A stretch of DNA of 55,719 nucleotides from a virus. Taxonomy: Duplodnaviria; Caudoviricetes. The position numbers and the translations under genes were made by a program. Below the pieces are notes generated by a model, which did not search any database, was not told where the DNA came from, and saw nothing but the letters and a program-made list of their open reading frames with translations. Positions 44,079 to 51,830 of this stretch are shown piece by piece. Every line of letters starts with the position of its first letter. The stretch's first letter is position 1. The stretch lies in IMG/VR virus record IMGVR_UViG_3300042402_000298, positions 1 through 55,719 of that record. The stretch is one strand, 5' to 3'.

Positions 44079-45076
44079 GACACCTGATTAACGGTCAAGA
44101 TCATTGCAGGAGCTGCAGGGTATAGCGGGCTGGCACTTGCAGGGTAGGTCACAATAGAACCATGCCCATCTACAGAGAGCCACCTCATAGTGACATTGTC
44201 CCCAGCGTTTAGAGACAAGAACACATTAGCCGCCATCAAAGCAGATGCTGGGGTTGATTCATTTTCTCTTGAGGCAATAGTCACCCAGCTAGTAGAGTTG
44301 GCGACATTGGTGCCATTAACTGCGAACCAGATAGCCACTAGGGATTGACCTGCTGTCGAGTTATTCAACTGCCCACTAAACGCAAAGTTGTACTTACCAG
44401 CAATTGCAACATTGATTTGGCTAGTCGATGTATTGAGCGTCACACCGTTGCTCAAGTCTTGGGTGTTCAACTGCACTAGCGTCGGAGTGTTGGCAACCGC
44501 CACCTGAGCGCCGTTTACAAAGGCTCCAGAGTTATGAGATTTGTTAGGTGAGCCTGCCGCACCACGAGTACATCCAGTGAACGATGTAGCGGTGATTCCT
44601 GTGTAGGTAATCAACTCTGCATCAATAAAGATTGCCCCAGTAGCAGAAAACCCGCTGGTGGTCACCACAGGAATAGTGGTTTGCACGTTGGTGATTGCGC
44701 CACTTAGCGTAGTGCTGAAGTCGTAGAAAAATGATCCGTACTGAGTGTTAATGTCAGAGGGATCGAGGACTTCCCACGAAGGCGCCGCAGAGACCGATCC
44801 AGTGCCAGTCTGGGCTAAAAACTTCTTAGTCGTCGTTGTATTACCAGCCAACTTTGCCAGCGTGTTCGTCGCCGACGCATAGAGCGTATCGCCGAGCGTA
44901 TAAGACGTAATGTTCGTGCCGCCCTGCGTAGTCTCTACAGGATTAACATCCAACACTTCAGAAACGTATTCTGCAGTGGTGACCTGCTTATTCAGGCCAC
45001 CCTGAACGATTGGGGTAATTTCTGTACCGTCCAGCGTTGACGCTGAAGGCATCGCGGAAATTTTCTGGTCAGCCAT
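44075..45076 (-). CDS. Fibre protein with C-terminal C1q/BclA-like jelly roll
   Basis: MADQKISAMP N-terminus; INVAIAGKYNFAFS..LSLNAGDNV. Confidence 0.65.
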   Translation of the reverse strand: MADQKISAMPSASTLDGTEITPIVQGGLNKQVTTAEYVSEVLDVNPVETTQGGTNITSYTLGDTLYASATNTLAKLAGNTTTTKKFLAQTGTGSVSAAPSWEVLDPSDINTQYGSFFYDFSTTLSGAITNVQTTIPVVTTSGFSATGAIFIDAELITYTGITATSFTGCTRGAAGSPNKSHNSGAFVNGAQVAVANTPTLVQLNTQDLSNGVTLNTSTSQINVAIAGKYNFAFSGQLNNSTAGQSLVAIWFAVNGTNVANSTSWVTIASRENESTPASALMAANVFLSLNAGDNVTMRWLSVDGHGSIVTYPASASPLYPAAPAMILTVNQVS

Positions 45077-45315
45077 CAGCAAACCTCCAAATAAATCTTG
45101 CTATCGTCTTCTTGTAAGACGTAGCCTGAATCTTCCATCAAAATAAAGCAAGTCTCTGGCGGCACTGGTGGGACAACACAAGAATAAGTGTCCACCACGC
45201 CCGAACCGCCAGTATCGTTACCGTAGTCATCATTGGCGTCAGCTACAACGCCAAGAGCGCATCCCGGTGTGGTCTGCGCTTGATTAGCTACACCGCCGTA
45301 GCCAACGTAAGACAT
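45076..45315 (-). CDS. Small structural protein
   Basis: ILMEDSGYVLQEDDSKIYLE motif; coupled to both neighbours. Confidence 0.65.
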   Translation of the reverse strand: MSYVGYGGVANQAQTTPGCALGVVADANDDYGNDTGGSGVVDTYSCVVPPVPPETCFILMEDSGYVLQEDDSKIYLEVC

Positions 45316-45617
45316 TAGATGCCCGCTTGAATTAGCTTCAACTGTGCTGTGCCGCCACCGGAATTAACCGTCAGGCGAATACCAGTCACTGGGAATGCAT
45401 AGTTACCGTCAGCATTCGCCGCTTGGCTGGCAACCGTCGGATGCGGAAACCAAGTCGAAAAACCAATCGCAGGATCATCAAACGTATGCTGTATGGTGTA
45501 GTTCACTGTGCCTGTCACAATGACACCAAAACCCACATTGAATGGGCTAATGTTGGTGTTCATGACTAGCGGCGAAGTGCTGCCAGAGCCAGTCTGAGAA
45601 ACAATCTGAACTTTCAT
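45315..45617 (-). CDS. Beta-sandwich structural protein
   Basis: 100 aa, beta-rich. Confidence 0.7.
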   Translation of the reverse strand: MKVQIVSQTGSGSTSPLVMNTNISPFNVGFGVIVTGTVNYTIQHTFDDPAIGFSTWFPHPTVASQAANADGNYAFPVTGIRLTVNSGGGTAQLKLIQAGI

Positions 45618-45638
45618 ATCAGAGCCCCATAAATGACA

Positions 45639-45654
45639 GGGAGCCGAAGCTCCC
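45639..45654 (-). terminator. UUCG hairpin downstream of the capsid gene block
   Basis: GGGAGC-TTCG-GCTCCC on - strand followed by TGTCATTT. Confidence 0.55.
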
Positions 45655-45662
45655 CGCCGTTC

Positions 45663-46742
45663 TTAACACTTACCGCCACGCTTTTTGCCGGGAGAAACTG
45701 TACGACTAACCTCACGCTCAGTCGTTGTTACTGACCCAGAACCCTTCATACCCTTCTTGATTGCCTCGTAGCCTTGTTTAAGGCGATCTGGCAGCTCTTT
45801 CATGGTCTGGAAAGGGCTCTTAATAGCTCGCATCACCGCGGCGCGTTCCGCCTCGTTCTCCGCCTTTTCGTCAGCATAGAACTTGTCGTAAGCCTCGGAT
45901 TGCTCCTTGTCGGACATAGCGCCACCACCTGCATACTTCTTCACCTTGCCGCCTTTGCGGTATGTACCGCTGAGCTGCGAGATGCTTACAGACGATGGAG
46001 GACGCTTACTTCCTTGCGGCATCTTGACGGGGCGACCATCGTCCTGAACCGATCCCCCGTCAGCAAACTTTTTTAGGGCACCGCCCTTCTTGTAGCCGCC
46101 GCCGTTGCCCTTCTTTACGCCACCAGTAGTGGTGTTAGTTACGCCGGCAGGTGTAGTGCTGACGTTACCTTCAACGCCGCCACCCTTGGCATACTTAGCC
46201 GTACCACCTTTTTTGTAGCCACCAGCGTTACCCATCTTCACGCCACCAGTTTTAGCCGGCGAATGATCAGGGGTTGCGGTGTTCATCTTGGTGTTGACGT
46301 AGCCCTCAGCGCCCTTTTTAGAGGCACTCACAGGGATTACGTTGCCGCCATCTTTGTAGCCGCCTTGACCCATCGCTACGCCACCTGTTTTCAGACCCTT
46401 GTGGGCCTTCGAAGCAGGCATGTCAGCGTGTTTCTCTAGGGCAGAGCCGCCATCCTTCATTACAGGACGAACGGGCATCTTAGAGGCCATCATTGCCTTA
46501 CGGCGAGATGCCATAGACGGCTTCTTAGGCGATACGCCAGCAGGCATTGCCGGAGGCGTACCCATAGCGGTCATTGGAGATGGCATAGCTGGGCTTGCAG
46601 AACGCAGGCCACCCATCGCCATCTTTTTGGCCTTAGTGGTAGAACCACCACTCTTCATTGCTACCGCGCCGCCCTTTTTGAGCTTCAAAATAACAGACGG
46701 CTCCGTGGTCATCATTTTGACCATTGGTTTAAATTGGCCCAT
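45663..46742 (-). CDS. Low-complexity basic protein with about 14 hydrophobic-x-x-GG repeats
   Basis: LKKGG, MKSGG, MAMGG, MKDGG, LKTGG, YKDGG, YKKGG x2, YAKGG, FADGG, YRKGG, YAGGG and others. Confidence 0.8.
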   Translation of the reverse strand: MGQFKPMVKMMTTEPSVILKLKKGGAVAMKSGGSTTKAKKMAMGGLRSASPAMPSPMTAMGTPPAMPAGVSPKKPSMASRRKAMMASKMPVRPVMKDGGSALEKHADMPASKAHKGLKTGGVAMGQGGYKDGGNVIPVSASKKGAEGYVNTKMNTATPDHSPAKTGGVKMGNAGGYKKGGTAKYAKGGGVEGNVSTTPAGVTNTTTGGVKKGNGGGYKKGGALKKFADGGSVQDDGRPVKMPQGSKRPPSSVSISQLSGTYRKGGKVKKYAGGGAMSDKEQSEAYDKFYADEKAENEAERAAVMRAIKSPFQTMKELPDRLKQGYEAIKKGMKGSGSVTTTEREVSRTVSPGKKRGGKC

Positions 46743-46753
46743 GTGGTGCCTCC

Positions 46754-47203
46754 TTAAACTTTTTGAGCATACACAACGGTCAAGCGGATAACGCCTTGAG
46801 TTGTGCTGATCGTGCCGTTCGGGTCAAGCGTAACAACAACAGACTGGTTGGTACCAATGTCAGCCATTGCGCTCAACTGTGCGGCAGTAAAGGTTAAAGC
46901 AATCCGACCACCAGCAAACACATCAGTCGAAGACACATATTGAGTGCCTGCGGCGGCTGTGCCGACGGTCATAGCGATTGCTGTAGCAGTACCTCCACCC
47001 ACTACTTCGTTCACGGTCATATCGGCATAAATGTCGATAATCTGGGACGACGCAGGCAGGGTGATTGTTGCGCTAGTTGCGGTTCCAGCGGCAGCGGTAG
47101 TGACAGTAGTTGTCTGACTCAGGACGACGAAACCGCCGTCGGTAGAGTCAGTCAACGTGCCAGAACCGGAGCGCAAAGCAGAACCGAAGTAGGTTTGAGC
47201 CAT
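46754..47203 (-). CDS. Putative capsid decoration protein
   Basis: Beta-rich 149 aa downstream of the MCP; SD AGGAG. Confidence 0.6.
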   Translation of the reverse strand: MAQTYFGSALRSGSGTLTDSTDGGFVVLSQTTTVTTAAAGTATSATITLPASSQIIDIYADMTVNEVVGGGTATAIAMTVGTAAAGTQYVSSTDVFAGGRIALTFTAAQLSAMADIGTNQSVVVTLDPNGTISTTQGVIRLTVVYAQKV

Positions 47204-47215
47204 TTCGTTCTCCTG

Positions 47216-47881
47216 TTAAGAGGGTTCCAAATATTTGATTGCGCTGCGCAAAATCTCTGGGCTGTCAAAAAATAAGCCAAGACCTCTATTGCACTTTGTG
47301 CAGAGAAGACCCCTTGGCTTTCCTGTTGCATGATCATGGTCAACTGGCATGGCAATTACCTTTTGTTTAATCTTTACCGTTTCCGGTTTAGAACAAATTG
47401 CACAAACACCATTTTGGTCAGAAAGTTTTTTATGGTACCACTCAAGAGAGACACCATATTTCCTCTGTAAGTCTTGATTAGCATAGTAATCAGGATTTGC
47501 TGCACGAGCCTGCTTTCGCCACTCTTTTGCATATTCCTTTTCGGAATCAGAGGTTGTTTCAATTTCCTTCCAATAGAAATTGTCTTTCGACCAAATGGCA
47601 TTTGGATTAGGTCGGCATGATTGAGATCGTTCCGGTTTTTCTGGAACCTCTGCAACAAACCGCCAAAAATCATTAAACCATTCGGATGCCATATCCTGTT
47701 GATGGTATCGCCGCAAATTGCACCACGCTTTATAGGCAGGATGCTTATTGCGTTTACCCCAATCGTCAGGACGACTGACATCAATTTCTCCAGTTCTTTG
47801 AACCCTCATGTAGTGCTTTCGGCACAAGGCTTTTGCAACTACAGGCTCAGAACAATTAACCACACAACACTTTTTTGGCAT
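47216..47881 (-). mobile_element. Free-standing Endonuclease VII-type (HNH) homing endonuclease
   Basis: QNGVCAIC..VDHDHATGKPRGLLCTKCNRGLG; N-terminal Cys-rich finger; AT-richer; start revised to 47881 by SD spacing. Confidence 0.85.
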
Positions 47882-47888
47882 TTGCATC

Positions 47889-47912
47889 CTCCTTGGCTTT
47901 TACACCAAGGAG
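47889..47912 (-). promoter_or_regulatory. Hairpin sequestering the endonuclease SD
   Basis: CTCCTTGG/CCAAGGAG 8-bp inverted repeat containing AAGGAG. Confidence 0.65.
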
Positions 47913-47946
47913 TTTACATATCGCCGTGAGACTTTACAAGCTCCCG

Positions 47947-48861
47947 TCAAACACCCGGCGTCCCGTACATAGCCCGCCAGTCGGTGAATCCGACGTCATA
48001 ACGTTCTGTTGCTTTATAACGCATGCTGTCAGTCTCAAAGTCCCCTTCCATCGTTTTCTCCAGCTTACGACGCATCAGGAGCTTCATGCCCTCTGGTGCA
48101 TCGGTCTGAACCCACCATGCGGTCGACGAAGTCAGACGCGACAGAACTGCAGCGCCTTCGTCCAGCAGACCAATCGACTTGATTGGGTTGATGTCGTTGT
48201 TTGCATTGCCAGCGCGGAGAACGCTCTTCAGCAGAACTTCTGCTTGGAAGATGTTGCCCGGAGCAACCACCAACTGACGCGGTACCAGACGGATCTTCTT
48301 GCCGTTGTTGTCAACAGCTTGACGGATCTGAATGAGCATCTGTTCCAGCGAAGTCTGCGAGAGAACCGCAGCAGTCGCCAAGAGGTTAGATGCAGTACCG
48401 TTTACGATTGGGTGCGAAGCACTGTTCAGTGCAACGCCGTCACCGCCCGGATACGAAGCGTTAAACGCACGGTTCAGTACGTTTGCCGACAGGGTTTCCT
48501 TGGTCTCAATCAACGACTGCGCCAGATGGCGAGCGTAGACTTGACCAATGCGGATGTGGTCGCCATCTTCAACCAGAACTTTGGTCAGAGCAAATGCCAG
48601 ACCGTAGACCTTGTAGACATAGCGCTTTAAGAACAGCACACCACCCTGCTGATACGATACTGGAGTACCGTCAGGCAGTTGTGGAGCTGCGCCAAAGCCG
48701 TACAGCACTGGCTCTTCGTGGTAGTTGCGTGGGATGCCTTCCGACTCGCGGAAGACGCGTGACCATTCATCAGTACGCTGATCGTAGACACCGTCGAAGC
48801 ACTCATTCAGAATGGGTTCAACAATGCTACGAAAGTCGGTACTTCTCATCGGAGCTGCCAT
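47947..48861 (-). CDS. Major capsid protein (Mu gpT-like HK97 fold)
   Basis: 304 aa; YGLAFALTK, DGVALNSASHP, PRQLVVAP, YKATERY; position after the scaffold. Confidence 0.85.
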   Translation of the reverse strand: MAAPMRSTDFRSIVEPILNECFDGVYDQRTDEWSRVFRESEGIPRNYHEEPVLYGFGAAPQLPDGTPVSYQQGGVLFLKRYVYKVYGLAFALTKVLVEDGDHIRIGQVYARHLAQSLIETKETLSANVLNRAFNASYPGGDGVALNSASHPIVNGTASNLLATAAVLSQTSLEQMLIQIRQAVDNNGKKIRLVPRQLVVAPGNIFQAEVLLKSVLRAGNANNDINPIKSIGLLDEGAAVLSRLTSSTAWWVQTDAPEGMKLLMRRKLEKTMEGDFETDSMRYKATERYDVGFTDWRAMYGTPGV

Positions 48862-48876
48862 GATTAGTACCTCCTA

Positions 48877-49449
48877 TCAGATGGCGTTGGACAGAGCAAC
48901 ATACTGATGCTTGCTGATCTGTGCCTGTACGATTACATAATCATCACCCCATGCATTGTCTGCGTAGGGGGCCAAGTTGATCACACGCATTTGGGCGTTG
49001 TTGCCAGAGCCCGCAGGAGTGATGCTCATAGTGGCTTGCGAAAGGCCAGTAGTAGTCGAACCAGCAGTAGTGTTGCTGAGGTCGAACTCTTCGCCGATAG
49101 CAGCCTGAGTTAGAGTGCCAGCCGCCTGAACTTCGTAAACGATGTTCGGGTCGGAGTAGTAGTAAGCAACGCACGAACCAGTCTGGTATGCAGTGTTTGC
49201 AGGCCAGTAGTTCGATACGCGGCGACGACCAGTGGTGTCAGTCCATTCGACGCCAGCAAAGGCACCTTGGAATGCATCACCAGCAGCAGCTACTTGGAGT
49301 ACACCAGTAGTTGCCATTTTTACCGGCTGACCTTTGAGAATGTCAGTGGAATAAGCCGATACGATGCCGTCAGCAAGCGCAATAGCGCGATCCAGACCAC
49401 TCGGGTGGAACGCGGGGCGCAGGCCGAACGGAGCAGAAGTTGCAGACAT
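48877..49449 (-). CDS. Capsid-associated (decoration/cement) protein
   Basis: APFGLRP N-terminus; directly upstream of the MCP. Confidence 0.65.
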   Translation of the reverse strand: MSATSAPFGLRPAFHPSGLDRAIALADGIVSAYSTDILKGQPVKMATTGVLQVAAAGDAFQGAFAGVEWTDTTGRRRVSNYWPANTAYQTGSCVAYYYSDPNIVYEVQAAGTLTQAAIGEEFDLSNTTAGSTTTGLSQATMSITPAGSGNNAQMRVINLAPYADNAWGDDYVIVQAQISKHQYVALSNAI

Positions 49450-49477
49450 AATTAGCTCCAATCGTTAAACAATTACC

Positions 49478-50020
49478 TCAGCCACTAAAAGTGGGCGTCG
49501 GCACTTGATCATCCATTTGCCTAATTCCTTCCCCTTCCGCCTGTCCGAGACTACGTCCCGAACTATCCCTGCCCTGAATGTTTTCTGCCTGTACGCGGAT
49601 CTTATTGGCCTCTTCCATCGGTGCATCGTGGTGGAAGTGGGTCATAATTTCTTGGTACTGATCCATCGGGATCTTAAACAGCAACATTTCATTGCAAGCG
49701 ATATACCCCACATGCTCGCCAGCCTTTACGCGGTAATTTTCGTAACCCTTGATGTCGTCAGCCAGAACTGGGACGTAACCAAGGCGAACCCGCTTATCGA
49801 TGCTGTCGTATGTGTTAGTCGTCGATAACCAGATGGTGTGCCATCCGGGAATCTTGGGAGAATCAGGCAACGCGCTTTGTGTCCATTCGTCTTTCCACAT
49901 CTTTCGACGCTCTTCTGACGATACGAACTGTTCCTCCGGTGCCTCACGAATCGGATCGTGACTCACGCGACTTGCTTCGCGTCCACCTGCAGAGAGAGAT
50001 TTTTTTAAACGAGAATCCAT
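49478..50020 (-). CDS. Conserved head-module protein of unknown function
   Basis: PGWHTIWL..RLGYVPV..LLFKIP; between scaffold and capsid genes. Confidence 0.75.
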   Translation of the reverse strand: MDSRLKKSLSAGGREASRVSHDPIREAPEEQFVSSEERRKMWKDEWTQSALPDSPKIPGWHTIWLSTTNTYDSIDKRVRLGYVPVLADDIKGYENYRVKAGEHVGYIACNEMLLFKIPMDQYQEIMTHFHHDAPMEEANKIRVQAENIQGRDSSGRSLGQAEGEGIRQMDDQVPTPTFSG

Positions 50021-50022
50021 GA

Positions 50023-51033
50023 TTAGTTCCTTCCTTGACGGTTGCGGGCTTCCATTGCATAGCGCTTGATCATGCGGTTACGGACTTCTATGTTGTCCCA
50101 CATGCCGGCATCTTTCATAGCTTTCACCTGATCGGGTGAGAGGGTGAAGGTGTTCCTGCCCCCACTATTACTCGACGCTACTTCGCGACCACTGCTTGTT
50201 ACCACGCTCCGAGGACGGCGCTGAACCGGCTTCTCATTGCTGGTTTCAGTATAGCGGTTCGGTAGTCTTTCTGACAAGCGGTTATCAAGCTCTTGCCAAT
50301 AATCTGGCGTGGACGGATCCCAGCCTTCTTCAGCCAAGGCCTGATCGACCGTCAAGGCAATCTTGGAGTCAAGATCACCGCCTTGAGGGTCGTACCAAGG
50401 ATTGGTCTCTAACCACCGTGTCGCATACCGCTGAACCCGCGGATCCTGCTTAATAGTCTGGGGACGCTCAGGCTGCACCATGCGCTGCTTGTAGGACTCC
50501 AAGTCCTCCGCCTTGCGACGTGCCTCAAACCACATTTCTTGAGCCGAAGTCAGAAGCTCGCCGTCACCGCTCGAAGTCGCCTCGGCAATCTTGCGCTTGG
50601 CAAACTCAATACGGTGGTGCTGGTCTTCAATCGCCTTATCCAAGCGGGCCAATTCACCCGTGGCAGACTTCTTCTCCAACGTGCTGATGCGCTCCAGAAG
50701 CTCTTGGTTCTGGCGTGACAGGTTTTGCAACCTCGCATCTTTCTCGTTAGAAACCTGCCGGTGGTATTCCTTACGAGCCTTGCGCTTTGCCCGCTTTGCA
50801 GCACGGATGCGCTCTTGCTCTGGGTCTACCTCGCCGTTGGCCTCGATCTCAGCCTGCTCAGCCGCCTCATCTTCCTCATCGGAACCGTGGTCGTCTTCAG
50901 CAGCACCGCCCTTCTTCATCAGCTCTTCGTCATCATCCGGCAAGTCACCCGGCAGCGTTACCGTTGCCGAGCCATCCTGACCTTCGTTGACTAATAAGTC
51001 AGCCGTTATTTTGTCGTTCGTATCTGTAGCCAT
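50023..51033 (-). CDS. Scaffolding protein
   Basis: Acidic N-terminus, long coiled coil, W..NPWY; position. Confidence 0.7.
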   Translation of the reverse strand: MATDTNDKITADLLVNEGQDGSATVTLPGDLPDDDEELMKKGGAAEDDHGSDEEDEAAEQAEIEANGEVDPEQERIRAAKRAKRKARKEYHRQVSNEKDARLQNLSRQNQELLERISTLEKKSATGELARLDKAIEDQHHRIEFAKRKIAEATSSGDGELLTSAQEMWFEARRKAEDLESYKQRMVQPERPQTIKQDPRVQRYATRWLETNPWYDPQGGDLDSKIALTVDQALAEEGWDPSTPDYWQELDNRLSERLPNRYTETSNEKPVQRRPRSVVTSSGREVASSNSGGRNTFTLSPDQVKAMKDAGMWDNIEVRNRMIKRYAMEARNRQGRN

Positions 51034-51042
51034 ACGTCCTCC

Positions 51043-51480
51043 TTAGATGAAAGCCCGCATTTCCAGCGGATCACCAGTTACTTTTGCGATAACTTCATGG
51101 TCGTTCAGGATCATGAATAGCGCTGGGTCTTCAAAGTCATCGTCGCCCGGCACTTTGGCCTCCCAACGATCACCACCCCACTTTGGAACGCGAATGTAGT
51201 CGCCTACCTCGCACCATGCGCCCTCAGGCCACGGCTCCATCGTGTCGCGCTTACGAAATGCCAAAGGCCCGATCATCAGGACTTTGCCAACCATGTTGTT
51301 CCACTTCTCGGTCTCTTTGGTCTCTTCGACCAAGATAATCCCGGCACTGGTTGCTTTCTTCTTGGTACGACGTAGCTGCACCAAAATTCTCGCCCCAAGG
51401 GGCTTAGCACCGGGGTCTACGCTCGGGAATGCCCAAGCCAATTCAGCTTCGTTAGAAGCTACCGGTTCACTCATGTTCAT
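51043..51480 (-). CDS. groES: Co-chaperonin GroES (Cpn10)-like
   Basis: KPLGARILV..TSAGIIL..GKVLMIGP..VGDYI..ILNDHEVIAKV. Confidence 0.85.
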   Translation of the reverse strand: MNMSEPVASNEAELAWAFPSVDPGAKPLGARILVQLRRTKKKATSAGIILVEETKETEKWNNMVGKVLMIGPLAFRKRDTMEPWPEGAWCEVGDYIRVPKWGGDRWEAKVPGDDDFEDPALFMILNDHEVIAKVTGDPLEMRAFI

Positions 51481-51652
51481 CTTCTTCCCTTAAAAGATTG
51501 TTAAGAATTTCGAGGGCTTCTTGCAGCCCCCGGTATTGACCCACCAGCCGTTGATACGCCTCGAATGTGACAGCGTTACCGCCTGCCAATGCGAAAGCAA
51601 TCTCGTGCTGACGCGCTTTTACAGCACCAATGAAGTCAGACTCGTATCTCAT
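51467..51652 (-). CDS. Small conserved head-module protein
   Basis: FEAYQRLVGQYRGL motif. Confidence 0.7.
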   Translation of the reverse strand: MRYESDFIGAVKARQHEIAFALAGGNAVTFEAYQRLVGQYRGLQEALEILNNLLREEDEHE

Positions 51653-51828
51653 GCGTTACGCTTGTCTATACCCTTGTTGCTGGAAAAATTGCCATGATCA
51701 GAGTTAGCCTCCGGTTGGGTAGGCGAGCCCTGCTCTTTGTACTCTTGACCGGTGATCCAAGCACCAGTCGCGTTGCGATGTTGTTGACGAACCGCTTCGG
51801 ACTGCTCGTCTTTCAAAGTAACGGTCAT
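51649..51828 (-). CDS. 59-aa protein (MTVTLKDEQSEAVRQQHR...), not in ORF track
   Basis: SD AGGAG; ATGA overlap downstream. Confidence 0.65.
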   Translation of the reverse strand: MTVTLKDEQSEAVRQQHRNATGAWITGQEYKEQGSPTQPEANSDHGNFSSNKGIDKRNA

Positions 51829-51830
51829 AA

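Noticed and set aside
47875-48863. 251-aa and other + strand ORFs opposite the capsid gene
   Set aside because: Antisense shadows caused by codon bias of the MCP
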